Below, one piece after another: positions 25,491 through 39,600 of a stretch of DNA of 64,000 nt (positions are counted from its first letter, which is position 1; each line of letters starts with the position of its first letter). Position numbers and translations under genes: made by a program. This DNA is from Mobula hypostoma (lineage: Eukaryota): positions 31,994,001 to 32,058,000 of the forward strand of contig NC_086097.1 in the NCBI RefSeq assembly GCF_963921235.1, in the 5' to 3' direction. The notes beneath the pieces were generated by a model that saw only the letters and a list, made by a program, of their open reading frames with translations, did not search any database and was not told the DNA's origin.

Positions 25491-27374
25491 CCAGCAACCA
25501 CCGATTTCACTCTAGCCAATCACAGGATAGTTTACAAAGACCAATTAACCTATTAACCCGTATGTCTTTGGACTGTGGGAGGAAACTGGAGCAGCTGGAG
25601 GAATCCATGGATACCTGGGGAAGGCATACTAACTCCTTACAGAGGGCGCTGGGATTGAACTCCAAAGACCCGAGCTGTAATATTGTTGTGCTAATTGCTA
25701 TGCTACTGTGGCACTCTCAGCAAAAGTGGCATTTGTTTAGCTAAATTTGACCAAAAGTCCTAGGAGCATTCAGCCCTTTACGTCTGCTCCGCTATTTGAT
25801 CATGTCTGCTTTATTATCCCTCTCAACCCCATTCTCCTGTCTTCCCCCAATAACCTTTCATGCCCTGTCCAATCAATAGCATATCCACTTTAAATATACC
25901 CAATGACTTGGCCTTCACATCCGTCTGTGGCAATGAATTCCACAGAATCACCACCCTATGGCTAAAGAAATTCCTGACCGATGATAGGGGGAGAAGAAAG
26001 AATGCCCGGGGTGGGCGAGGGTCTTTGATTATACTGAGAAGTGTAGGCAGAGTCTGCAGAAGGAAGTCTTGTTTCTGTGATGTGCTGAGCTGCGTCCACA
26101 GCTCTCTACGGTCTCTCGTGATCACAGGCAGAGCAGTTGCCATAGCAAGCCATGATGAGTTCAAATAGGATGCTTTCTATGGTGCACCTATAAAAATTAG
26201 TGGTGGTCAACCCCCTGTAGCAGAGAAAGACTGGGGTTGGTTGCCTGGTAACACTGGAGGCTGGGTGGAGGGCAGTGGTTGAGGTGTTCTGATGGAAGTG
26301 TATGAAATGATGAGGGGCAGGGATATCGGGTCCCACACCTCCGTGGAGAGTGGAAACATTACCTCAAGGCAGGTGGATCAAAGGTCAGAAGGTATCAATT
26401 CAGCGTAAGAAATTCCTCCTTATCTCAGTTCTAAAGGGACATCCTTCTGTTCTGAGGCTGTGCTGTCTGGTCCTCAAATTTCCCACTAATGGAAACATCT
26501 TCCCAATATCCACTCTATCTAGGCCTTTGAATATTCCATATAACCATATAACAATTACAGCATGGAAACAGGCCACCTCGGCCCTTCTGGTCCGTGCTGA
26601 ACGCTTACTCTCACCTAGTCCCACCGACCCGCACACAGCCCATAACCCTCCATTCCTTTCCTGTCCATATATCTATCCAATTTTATTTTAAATGACAAAA
26701 TCGAACCTGCCTCAACCACTTCTGCTGAAAGCTCGTTCCGCACAGCCACCCCTCTGAGTAAAGAAGTTCCCCCTCATGTTACCCCTAAACTTTTGCCCTT
26801 TAACTCTCAACTCATGGCCTCTTGTTTGAATCTCCCTCACTCTCAATGGAAAAAGCCTATCCACATCAACTCTTTCTATCCCCCTTATAATTTTAAGTAC
26901 CTCTATAAAGTCCCCCCTCAACCTTCAAGTGATAAAAAAGACAGTCTCTTCACTCCAGCAGCAGAGCAATCCCACCAGCGATAAAAAAGCAGTCTCCTCT
27001 CTCCGTAGCAGAGCGATCCCACTCAGCAATCCAAAGGCAGGTAGCCGGCACTCACCCTCTGCATTCCGCTCAATGTTTTGACCCCCCTCATTGCTTTAAT
27101 CGTCTAAATGGGGTTGAACATTGGCTCGAGCCACGTCCTGTAGCCAACTTGTCCCGAGGTTCGGCCTCCTGGAATCCTCTCGGAGACTGCAGAGTGCTGA
27201 AGCACCCAAATGATCTCCAAACTGCAAATCACAGGCTCCAACAGTTCCAGAATCATGTTCAAGATGAAAAACATAAAAGAAATGAAATATATGGTTTCAT
27301 GGTCTATCCAGAAGATGGTGACCGTGGGAGCATTGTACGCAAACACCAACTCCAACTCAATATACAATGCATGT

Positions 27375-27381
27375 TTATATA

Positions 27382-27414
<33 letters not shown>

Positions 27415-27460
27415 CATACAGACACATACATACATACATACGCACACATATATATATCAT
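27375..27460. repeat. Compound (TG)n/(TA)n/(TACA)n microsatellite
   Basis: Read directly from the sequence. Confidence 0.9.
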
Positions 27461-27464
27461 TCTG

Positions 27465-30400
27465 TATTCTATATTACTCTGCTGTCCTCAACTGATCAAT
27501 GGGACATATCCAGATGACATCAGAGATGAACACCACTGTGTAAGAGAGGGGTCTAGTTCTGTACTTAATCTTGCCTAGTACCCACTTCTGATTACCTCTG
27601 TAGTCCCTCACCAGGACAGTTTGTCCAAGAATGAAACTCCTTGTTTGAGGAGCCCTCAATATGTCTCAGCTGTTTCTACTGCATATTCCTTCTGAGATTG
27701 GGTTTGAGGAGATCCAAGCGTGAACACAAGGGATGACTCAGGGACAGCATAGCTGGTGAGTTGCTGGTTGTGGAGTGTGCTGCACTGTGATACGCAGGGA
27801 GCAAATTGGCGAGCTTCTGATTCAGTGTCAGTGTAGTGTGTTCTGCTGACATTGCTCGCACTGCGTTCTTTAGACTCTGGATAAACCGCTTCACCAAACC
27901 ATTTGTAGCTGAGTTGTACAGTGCAGATGGAATATGTCTTATCCCGTCCATTTTCAGGAATGACTGAAGCTTTTCCACAACAAATTGTGGTCCATTGTCA
28001 CTAACTAAATCTTCTGGACCATGAGATCTTGAGAAGAGGCTTCTCAACATGTCGACAATGTGCGAAGCTGTAATAGATGCTATCGGGAACACTTCTGGCC
28101 ACTTTTTAAGCTGCATCTGTTACTACCAAGAAATCTATGCCCATGAATAGTCTGGCAAAATCAACATGAATCCTCTGCTGGGGTAATTCAGGCCGTTCCT
28201 AGGGATGGAGAGGTGCTGATCTTGGCATCTTCTTGGCAAGCCGCTCAATCTGCTGATCTATTTCCCGACCACCAGACAAAGCTTCGAGCCAATGCTTCCA
28301 TTTTGACCATGCCTAGATGGACTAGCCTGTAGCTCCTCCAACACCTTAGCTCTCAGCTTTAATGGTACAACAACTCTCTGTCTCCACATAAGGATACCCC
28401 TTTCAAGGGCAAGTTCATCCTGGAATTGGTAAAAATGGGGGAACTGAAGTTTCTGCTGTACATTCTGGTCACTTTAAGTGCTATGTAGACCTGAGACAGT
28501 GTGGGATCTTTTCTGGTTTTCTTTTGGACCACTTTTGTTGTAATAGTGATTTTCATTATGGAGAATATGTCGAGAGGGGTGTCCTCTTGTGTAAATGTTT
28601 CAGATATTTCCTTTTCCAAGGATAAATGGGACAATCCATCAGCATTTCCGTGATTAGTTTTCTCTTGAATTTGATCTTGTAATGGTGTCCTCCACAAAAC
28701 AGAGTCCATCTCTGTATTCGAGCTGCTGCTGATAGTGAAACACCCTTCTGTGGATTGAAAGTGGACACTAGTCGTTGATGATCGGTAATGAGGATAAACT
28801 TTCTTCTATTCAAGCACTGGTTGAAACATATTGCACCCCAAACCAGACTCAAGGCCTCTCTGTCAATCTGTGCCTGATTTTTCTCAGCAGCAGTAAGGGA
28901 ACGTGACACAAAGGCTATGGGGTGTTCTATGGGTTTGGCAGGAACCTGTTGTAGTAAATGACACATCCTAAAAACTACCACATCTGTGACACGTCCTTTG
29001 GTCTTGGGATATCCACCACTGTTTGAATTTTCTCAGTGCACTTGGGTAATTCTTGTGTGTCAATGGTGTGACACACACCCTTGCCGGTAACAATGATGTC
29101 GTTCAGGTAACACTGAGTACCCGGGCAGCCTTGCATCACCCGGTCCATCGCTTTCTGCCAAAGTGCAGGTGCAGATGCTGCTCCAGAAATAAGCCTATTA
29201 TAGCGATAAAGACTTTTGTGGGTGTCTATGGTGAGAAACACTTTGGACTCTTCATCCATCTCCATCTGTTGGTAGGCCTCAGCTAAGTCCACTTTGTGAA
29301 GTTTTCCTCCAGAAAGACATCCTCTATCCTGAGCAGGGGGTATTGATCTACTTTCAGTACTGGTTTGATGGAGATCTTAAAATTAACACAGATTTTGACA
29401 GCATTGCCCAGGGGCTGCACTCAACCTTGGAAAACATTCCTTCAGCCTCCATGAGATCTAGCTCACTGGCACTTTATCACGGATTGTGTAGGGAATCGGA
29501 CAGACTTTGGAAAACTTGGGTGTGGTATTTTCATTTCAACATTACTTTACCCTTGATATGTTTGAGTTTTCCAATGCTATCCTTGAACACTGCTGTGGCA
29601 TCATCCAGTATCTCTCTTAATTCTATCTCAGTTGACTCTATTACAGGGGATGTGGCATGCAAATAGTGGATGGGTCTCCAATCAAGTTGCAGTTGTCTCA
29701 GCCAATCACAAGCCCACAATGTTTTTACCACATACAAGCCCAATGTGGCTTGCTGGCTGTTGTATTTCACTGTTACAAATACCATCCCCACAGGAGTTAT
29801 CTTTTCTCCAAAATACTGTAAATTATTCATTGAATACTTGCAGGCTTCAGTTGAGTATCTTTAAAATGCTGCTCAGACTCATTTTGTAGAATGACAAACA
29901 GTCAAGCTTGTGTCTAATTCTATTTTAATTAATTTACCATTGACGTCTGATGTAAGCCATATTGCTTGTCTATGGTTAGAAATCTCAAGGCTAGCCATTC
30001 CTTTGTCCCTCTCATCACTATCTGAGTTTTCATCAACAGCATACAGATAAGTGCTCTTTTTTGAAACTGCAGCTTGTCTTTTTCTCTTCACTGTGCAGTC
30101 AGTTTATTTGTGTCTGCTCAACGTGCTCTTTGTATGTGTCCTACTTTGTTGTATTTTTCTACAGATTTCACCTTTAAATCTGCATTAGTCTGGTGTATGT
30201 GAGCCCCTGCCACAACAGTAACACATTTTGTTCAACCAGGCATATTTCTGTTTAGACATTGAAATTTTGTTCACACTCACATTCATTCTATTCAATCAAC
30301 CTCATAAGTGGAAATTGATACCCCTTCTTTTGATTCCAATTATGAAACCTAAAGTGTCCTGAAATCAACAGTGGGTTTGGTTCTAAATGTTCCTGCATTA

Positions 30401-31703
30401 CTTTCACAGTATCAGCAAAGCAAATTTAGTCTGGTTTGTTTGGAGCAGTCAAACCTCTAAGCAAACTATATGCTTTTCCACCAAGAGCACTCAGCAAAAT
30501 TGGCACTCGTTTCTCATTGATTATTCCATTTGCTTCAGAATACTGCTCAATTTGCTCAGTATACATCATTCAGTTATCTCCTGTACAATCAAACACACCT
30601 ATCTTTCTGATATAGCCATCTATTTCTACTTTTTTAAAAATTTATGATCATCACCCATTAATTACTGTTTATGAACTCATTAATTCATCTGTTCTCTGCC
30701 TTTTTTTAAACCTCATTGACAGTTTTGCTAAGAAGACATATGGTGTGTTGGCATTCATCATCCATGGGATTGAGTTCAAGAGCCGTGAGATAATGTTACA
30801 GCTATATAAGACCTTGGTCAGACCCCACTTGGAGTACTGTGTTCAGTTCTGGTCACCTTATTACAGAAAGGATGTGGATACTATAGAGAGAGTGCAGAGG
30901 AGATTTACAAAGATGTTGCCTGGATTGGAGGGCATACCTTATGAGAATAGGTTGAGTGAACTTGGCCTTTTCTCCTTGGAATGACGAAGGATGAGAGGTG
31001 ACCTGATAGAGATGTACATGAGGGGCATTGATCGTGTGGATAGCCAGAGGCTTTTTCCCAGGTCTGAAATGGTTAACACGAGGGGACATAGTTTTAAGGT
31101 GCTTGGAAATAGGTACCGAGGGGATGTCAGGGGTAAGTTTTCGCACAGAGAGTGGTGGGTTTGTGGAATGCACTGCTGGCGGCGGTAGTGGAAGTGGATA
31201 CAATAGGGTCTTATAAGAGCCTCTTAGATAGGTAGATGGAGCTTAGAAAAATAGAGGGCTATGTGCTAGGGAAATTCTAGGCAGATACTAGAGTTGGTTA
31301 CATGGTTGGCACAACATTGTGTAGAATTTCTGCGCTCTATGTACGTCTTTCCTTTTTTTTAACTCAAACATTTTGCTATGCATTTTTTAAATTGGAATGT
31401 TTCTTTTCCCTTTGGGAAAAAAAAATGTGTTGCACTTCAGCAGGTAGGTTGTTATCTCAGGTTTGTTTTAATTCCCATCCTCGTCTCCACTGTAACTCCA
31501 AAACATAAAACTATTTGAAAGAAAAATGAGGACAAATGTGTACTCTTCATTTTTACTTTTAGTGGAGGCATGCATTTATGATGTGGTAATTTAATGACAC
31601 GTGCCATTCACATAGTTTTACATATAACCTGTAATGAATTATTTAAACAACGCTTAATCAAACAATATGTTTACAATAGTACTGAAATATTAAATACACA
31701 ACA
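27465..31703 (-). mobile_element. Degenerate Gypsy-like LTR retrotransposon (gag-PR-RT-RNaseH-IN remnants)
   Basis: Minus ORFs: integrase (KWPEVF, LVSDNGPQF, TNGLVKRFIQSLK), RNase H (EHPIAFVSRSLT, LITDHQ), RT (DLAEAYQQ, QCYLNDII), protease (IELDTS). LTR-like block 31491-31703. Confidence 0.87.
30722..31345 (+). mobile_element. CR1 3' fragment nested in the Gypsy leader
   Basis: ORF 30745-30984 (LYKTLVRPHLEYCVQFWSP). Confidence 0.88.
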
Positions 31704-34700
31704 GCAACCAGTCAGGACACTTTTATTGGTAGATCTGTAGAAGTTTGTAAGAGTGTTCAGAAATGAACTATGGTCCAGGTTCAGGTAGATGGGACTAGGT
31801 TAGAAAAGCAGGCTGGCAATGGACTACACTGTCATGAACCTCTGAGTAAAGAAGTTTCCCCCTACGTTCTCCTTAAACTTTTCACCTGTCACTCTTAATT
31901 CATGACCTCCCACCCAACCTCAGTGGAAAAAGCCTGCTTGCATTAACCCTATCTATAGCCTCATAATTTTGTGTACTTCTATTATATTTCCAACACACTG
32001 ACTTAGTATACTTTATCAACTTCTATGTATTTATTTATGGACTAGGCTCTTCCCATCCTTTAAGCCACTCCACCCAGCAATCCCCCCATTTAGTCCGAGC
32101 CTAATCATGGGACAACTTACAGTGATGAATAAATCTACACACTGGTACGTCTTTGGACTGTGGGAGGAAATCCAGGCACCCCGATGAAACCCGTGCAGTC
32201 ACGGGGTGAGTGTACAAACTCCTTACAGGCAGTAACGGGAATTGAACCCGGGTCACTGATACAGTAAGGCATTGTGCCAACTACTACATTACTGTGCTGC
32301 CCAAATGATGGGATGTAGGGCTTGGTTCTGTGCTGTAGTATTCTACGACTCCATGACAACCAAAACCTCTTTAACCTGCTAAGAAAGTAAAAGACGTTTG
32401 CGTGCCTTCCTTATGATTGCATCTATGTGCTGGGCCCAGGACAGGTCATCCAGTATGTTAATAGAGATGAGGAGGAATTTCTTTATCCAGAGGGTGGTGA
32501 ATCTGTGGAATTCATTGCTTCAGACAGCTGTGGAGGCCCAAGTCACTGGATATATTTAAAGCAAAGGTTGATAGGTTCTCAGTTTTGTAAGGGCATCAAA
32601 GATTATGGGGAGAATGAGTTTGAAAGGGATAATAAATCAGCCAAGATGGATTGGTGAAGCTGACTTGATGGGCTGAACTGCCTAATTCTGCTCCTATGTC
32701 TTATGGCCTTAATGCCTAAAAGTTTAAAGCTGCCGACTCTCCCCAGTTGGAATTGAAAAGTTCAGTGAGGGCTGGAAGAGCCAGAAGGGGGTGACCAAGA
32801 CGAAGTGGACTGGAGAAGGGTTCACCAGACTGAGGTGTGGACAGACCTCTGTATACTTTCTATAGGGCCACATTAACTTTTCCCTTTTACATCTGCAGAC
32901 ACAGTCTGTCTCCAAGCCCTGCCTCGCATTTATCTTTCCACTCCCACCACCTCAGTCCTCTTCAGCTAAGTTCAGGAACATTCACAACCCTTGGGCTAGC
33001 TGCTCTTCCTGACATCCTCATAACCCTTTTCCTTTGATCTAATGCTCTCTTTAACTTCTCTTAGAAGCACATTTGGAGCTTTCTGCCATTGTTTTGTCTT
33101 TGCCTTAAAGGGCTAAACTTTGTTGTTTATTTTAAATCTTTGAATATTAAACATTGCTGGTGTACTAGCACACTCTCTAACAAGGTGTCTGTCTACCACA
33201 GTCAGTCTTGTAATTCACTTTCTTCAGTTCTACATAAGAATGGCTCTGGGCCATTTGACCCATCTGTTCAATACAATCCCAGTTCATATCAGAATCAGGT
33301 TTGTTATTACTGACGTACGTCATGAAATTTGTTGTTTTGCTGCAGTGGTACAGTGCAATACATAAACATATTACAATAAATATATATATTTAAAAATAAA
33401 TAGTGCACAAAGAGAGTGAAATAGTGTTCATGGACTGTTCAGCAATCTGATGGCAGAGGGGTAGAAACTGTTCCTAAAACGCTGAGTTGGAGTCTTCAGG
33501 CTTCTGTGCCTGCACCCTGATGGTGGTCATGGAAAGAGGGCACGTCCTGGAGGGTGAGGGAAAGGGGGCACGTCGTGGATGGTGAGGGTCCTTACTCATC
33601 CATGCTGCTGCCTTGAGGTATTACCTTTAGAAGATGTCCTCACTGGTGGCGGGGGCGGGGCTAATGTGTTCGGTTAAAGTAACCTCATTGTAGGGAGAAT
33701 GTGGAAGCTTTAGAGGTTTTCCAGGATGCTGCCTGGATGGGAGAGCATGTCTTATGAGGATAGGTTGAGTGAGCTAGGGCTTTTCACTTTAGAGTAAAAG
33801 AGGATGAGCAGTGTCTTGATAGAAGAGTACAAGATGATAAGAAGTATAAAAACAGAGGGCAGACAGAGACTTTTTTCCCCAGCGTAGAAATGGATAATAA
33901 GAGAGGGCGTAATTTTAAGGTGATTGGAGGGAAGTATGGAGGGGAAGTCAGAGGTAGTTTTTTTTTACACAGTTGTGCATAGAATGCCTTGCCAGTGATG
34001 GAGATGGAGGCAGATACATTAGGGAAATTTAAGAGACTCTTAGGCACACGGATGATAGAAAAATAGAGAACTATGAGGGAGGGAGGAGTTATTTTGATCT
34101 TGGGAGTCGGATAATGGGTTAGCAGAACACCATGGGTTGAAGGGCCTGTACTGTGCAGCAATGTTCTATGTTCGCTTTCCCTCAGATCACAAAACCAAAG
34201 TTGAGTTTATTGTCATCTGCAGAGGTACATGTATGTACAGTTGCAGTGAAAAACTTGCAGCAGTACCACAGGCACAGAACATCAAATAAACAGCATTCAC
34301 CGTGTTTACGAAAGTCACAAGGGAGGAAAGAGCTAAGAAGTCAAAAAGTGATCATCGTGTTGCTATACTGTGGTGATTAAGATTTTGCCATTTGGTTCAA
34401 GATCGAAAGGTTGAAGGGAGGTCGCCGTTCCTGAACTTGGTGGAGTTGGACTTCAGGCTTCTACCTCCTGTGTGATGGTAGCTGTGATGGTGGAGATCTT
34501 CGATGGACATTGTCTTCCTGAGACAGTCCATTGCTGTGCCTGTTCCCTGGAGCCCTCAATTCCCCAGTTGTTCAAAGATGCTGGTAGGTAGTGAACACAG
34601 AGCTAGAGGACATGGCCTCAAGATTCGGGGGAGTAGATTTAGGATGGAGATGAGGAGGAACTGCTTTTCCCAGAGTGGTGAATCTGTGGAATTCTCTGCT

Positions 34701-35784
34701 AATGAAGCAGGGGAGGCTACCTCAGTAAATACGTTTAAGACAAGGTAGGATAGATTTTTGCATAGCAGGGGAGTTAAGGGTTATGGGGAAAAGACAAGTA
34801 GACGGAGATGAGTCCATGGTCAGATATTGAATGGTGGAACAGGCTCGATGGCCTACTCCTGCTCCTATTTCTTACATGCTTATGATGTATCTACCTCCAC
34901 ATCAATTATCCCTGCTGTACCAATCTCCTCAACTCTCCAGGGCAGAGAATGCCACAATTCACCTATCTGCTTTGAAGGCTATGATTTTGTATCAAACTAA
35001 ATCACTTTTATATCTTAACATGGGGCATTGCCCATGAGCCTCTGCAGTTTCTCCCTATCTACTTGTGATGCCATTTTCAGGGATCTGTGGACTTGCACCT
35101 TAGGATCATTCTGGGCATCAATGTTCCCAGGGGTCTTGTACCCTTCTCCCGTACATGTAACCTCCCAAAGTGCAATGCCTCGCACACTTGCCCTTCTGAA
35201 GCTGAAAGTAATTTTTGCTTGTTTAAGGGCTGGGAATGCTCAGGCTGTTCCGGGTCATGGGGAAAAGCGAGGTGGGTGGAGCTCAGTCACAGATCAGCTC
35301 ATGGTACATGGGCTTCAGGAGATGGATGGTGGCCTGCAGATTTTTGACAGCGGGCAAGTGGGATTCTCAATATTTGGACATATTTGTTGAGGCAAAGCAT
35401 TCCCCATCTCCCAGGGTGGTGCCCACCATCCCCTCTGCTTCCCATTCCACGTGCCGTGATCCCAAACTTCCCTCCCTGTCCTGGACGACCCTGTAGAGAT
35501 AGTTCCCGAAAAAAGCCGCACTCTGTGCCATCACTGTTACTGTAAAGGAATTTCTCCATAAAACCATCAAAGTGATCTGCTGTCAGACAATTTATTGAAT
35601 TACAAAATAGTTGTTTTATTTTATTGACCGATGTGTTTGGAACTCCCAAGGCAAAAGGACTGGACTTAATTGTGTTTTGCTCTGATCGGTGGCCAACACT
35701 TTATGACTGCAAGTTTGAGCCAGTCCTCCATAAGCATCTGGTTGTTGGCTATGAGGAAAGATTTTAACATTAGCCCGCTCTCTC

Positions 35785-36376
35785 ACTCCCAGGGTCAGAC
35801 AGAGTAAATCTCCTTCTACACTGTCACATCACACACTTCCATGGTGAGATGCACCATGAAGCTCCCTTGCTCCCAGGGTCAGACAGAGTAAATCTCCTTC
35901 TACACCATCCCATCACACACTTCTGGGGTGAGACACAGCATGAAGCTCTATCCACACTGTCCTAACACACACTCCTGGAGTCAGACAGAGCGAAGCTCTC
36001 TCTACATCGTCCCATCACTCACTCCTGGGATCAGACACAGAGTGAAGTTCCCTCCACACTGTCCCATCACTCACTCCCGGAGTCAGCCACAGCGTGAAAC
36101 TCCCTCCACACCGTCCCATCACACACTCCCGGGGTCAGACACAGAGTGAAACTCCCTCCACACTGTCCCATCACACATTCCAGGGATCAGACACAGAGTG
36201 AAACTTCCTCCACACTGTCCCATCACTCACTCCCGGGGTCAGACACAGAGTGAAACTCCCTCCACACTGTCCCATCACACATTCCAGGGATCAGACACAG
36301 AGTGAAACTTCCTCCACACTGTCCCATCACTCACTCCCGGGGTCAGCCACAGTGTGAAACTCCCTCCACACTGTCC
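35785..36376. repeat. 52-bp minisatellite, ~11 copies
   Basis: Unit TCCCGGGGTCAGACACAGAGTGAAACTCCCTCCACACTGTCCCATCACACAC; ends ~30 bp before the ESR splice acceptor. Confidence 0.9.
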
Positions 36377-36406
36377 AATCTGAGCGGCCGGATTCTGTCC
36401 CCACAG

Positions 36407-36587
36407 GCATGTTTCCCCGTTCCAGAATTTCGGAGGAGCAGGAGAACAGGGAGAAGCTGCACAAGATCCTGGACACCATCACGGACACACTGATCTGGTG
36501 CATGTCCCGGAGTGGGATCCCACCCCAGCAACAGGCCACCAGGCTGGCCCACCTCCTCATGCTGCTTTCACATGTCCGGCACGCCAG
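36407..36587 (+). CDS. ESR2: Estrogen receptor (ESR2-like; possibly a separate paralog), penultimate coding exon, LBD helices 9-11
   Basis: CCACAG acceptor and AG|GTAGGC donor; 181 bp. Encodes [59 protein letters not shown](S). [12 protein letters not shown] is ER-beta-like. Family is certain; paralog is not. Confidence 0.93.
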
Positions 36588-36615
36588 GTAGGCACACCGC
36601 AGGCTCCCTCCCTCC

Positions 36616-39600
36616 GACACCGGAGTGGACTGTGTCACCGGGGTGGACTGTATCACCGGGGTGTACTGTGTCACGGGGTGTACTCTGTCACCGGGGTGTA
36701 CTCTGACACCGGGGTGGACTGTGTCACGGGGTGCACTCTGTCACCGGGGTGTACTGTGTCACCGGGGTGGACTGTATCACCGGGGTGTACTCTGTCACCG
36801 GGGTGTACTCTGTCACCGGGGTGTACTGTGTCACCGGGGTGTACTCTGACACCGGGGTGTACTCTGACACCGGGGTGGACTGTGTCACGGGGTGTACTGT
36901 GTCACCGGGGTGTACTGTGTCAGCGGGGTGTACTGTATCACCGGGGTGTACTGTATCACCGGGGTGGACTCTGACACCGGGGTGGACTGTGTCAGCGGGG
37001 TGGACTGTGTCACCGGGGTGTACTGTGTCACCGGGGTGGACTGTGTCACAGGGGTGGACTGTGTCACCGGGGTGTACTCTGTCACCGGGGTGTACTCTGT
37101 CACCGGGGTGTACTGTATCACCGGGGTGTACTGTATCACCGGGGTGTACTGTGTCAGCGGGGTGTACTGTGTCACCGCGGTGTACTCTGACACCGGAGTG
37201 GACTGTGTCACTGGAGTGGACCGTATCAGCGGGGTGGACCGTACCAGCGGGGTGTACTGTGTCAGCGGGGTGTACTGTATCACCGGGGTGTACTCTGACA
37301 CCGGGGTGGACTGTGTCAGCGGGGTGTACTGTGTCACCGGGGTGGACTGTGTCACCGGGGTGTACTGTATCATCGGGGTGTACTCTGACACCGGAGTATA
37401 CTGTATCACTGGGGTGGACTGTGTCACCGGAGTGGACTGTATCAGCGGGGTGGACTGTACCAGCGGGGTGTACTGTGTCAGCGGGGTGGACTGTATCAGT
37501 GGGGTGGATTGTGTCAGCGGGGTGTACAGTGTCACCGGAGTGTACTGTATCACCGGGTTGTACTGTGTCACGGGGTGTACTGTATCACCGGAGTGTACTG
37601 TGTCACGGGGTGTACTGTATCACCGGAGTGGACTGTATCAGCGGGGTGGACTGTACCAGCGGGGTGTACTGTGTCACGGGGGTGGACTGTATCACCGGGT
37701 TGTACTGTGTCACGGGGTGTACTCTGTCACCGGGGTGTACGGTGTCACGGGGGTGGACTGTATCACCGGTGTGTACTCTGTCACCGGGGTGTACTGTATC
37801 ACCGGGGTGTACTGTGTCACCGGGGTGTAATGTGTCAGCGGGGTGGACTGTATCAGCGGGGTGGACTGTGTCACCGGGGTGTACTGTGTCACCGGTGTGT
37901 ACTCTGTCACCGGGGTGTACTGTATCACCGGGGTGGACTGTGTCAGCGGGGTGTACTCTGACACCGGGGTGGACTGTGTCACGGGGTGTACTCTGTCACC
38001 GGGGTGGACTGTGTCACGGGGTGTACTCTGTCACCGGGGTGGACTGTGTCAGCGGGGTGTACTCTGACACCGGGGTGTACTCTGTCACCGGGGTGGACTG
38101 TGTCACCGGGGTGTACTGTGTCACGGGGTGGACTGTATCACCGGGGTGGACTGTGTCACCGGGGTGTACTCTGACACCGGGGTGGACTGTGTCACCGGGG
38201 TGTACTCTGTCACCGGGATGGACTGTGTCACGGGGTGTACTGTGTCACGGGGTGTACTCTGTCACCGGGATGGACTGTGTCATGGGGTGTACTGTGTCAC
38301 CGGGGTGGACTGTGTCAGCGGGGTGTACTCTGACACCGGGGTGGACTGTGTCACCGGGGTGGACTGTGTCAGCGGGGTGTACTGTGTCACCGGGGTGGAC
38401 TGTGTCACGGGGTGTACTCTGTCGCCGGGGTGTACTGTATCCCCGGGGTGTACTCTGTCACCGGGATGGACTGTGTCAGGGGGTGTACTCTGTCACCGGG
38501 GTGGACTGTGTCAGCGGGGTGTACTCTGACACCGGGGTGGACTGTGTCACCGGGGTGGACTGTGTCAGCGGGGTGTACTGTGTCACCGGGGTGGACTGTG
38601 TCACGGGGTGTACTCTGTCGCCGGGGTGTACTGTATCCCCGGGGTGTACTCTGTCACCGGGGTGGACTGTGTCAGGGGGTGTACTCTGTCGCCGGGGTGT
38701 ACTCTGTCACCGGGGTGGACTGTGTCAGGGGGTGTACTCTGTCACCGGGGTGGACTGTGTCACGGGGTGGACTGTGTCAGCGGGGTGTACTGTGTCACCG
38801 GGGTGTACTGTGTCACGGGGTGTACTGTGTCACGGGGTGTACTCTGTCACCAGGGTGTACTGTATCAGTGGGGTGGACTGTGTCACCGGGGTGCACTCTG
38901 TCACCGGGGTGGACTGTATCAGCAGGGTGTACTGTGTCACCGGGGTATACTGTATCAGCGGGGTGTACTGTGTCACCGGGGTGGACTGTATCACCGGGGT
39001 GTACTGTGTGCACTGTATCAGCAGGGTGTACTGTGTCACCGGGGTATACTGTATCAGCGGTGTGTACTGTGTCACCGGGGTGGACTGTATCAGCGGGGTG
39101 TACTGTGTCACCGGGGTGGACTGTGTCAGCGGGGTGGACTGTGTCACCGGGGTGTACTGTGTGCACTGTATCAGCAGGGTGTACTGTGTCACCGGGGTAC
39201 ACTGTATCAGCGGGGTGTACTGTGTCAGCGGGGTGTACTCTGTCACCGGGGTGGACTGTGTCACCGGGGTGCACTGTGTCACCGTGGTGTACTGTGTCAC
39301 CGGGGTGTACTGTATCACGGGGTGTACTGTGTCACCGGGGTGTACTGTGACACCGGGGTGTACTGTGTCACCGGGGTGTACTGTGACACCGGGGTGTACT
39401 GTGTCAGCGGGGTGTACTGTGTCAGCGGGGTGTACTGTATCACCAGGGAGTACTGGATCAGCGGGGTGTAGTGTATCATCGGGGTGGACTGTTTCGGCGG
39501 GGTGTACTCTGTCACCGTGGTGGACTGTATCACCGGGATGTACTGTGTCACCGGGGTGTACTGTATCAGCGGGGTGGACTGTGTCACCGGGGTGCAGTCT

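Noticed and set aside
35785..36376. Regular repeats resembling a CRISPR array
   Set aside because: Head-to-tail units with no unique spacers, no cas genes, and a eukaryotic context.
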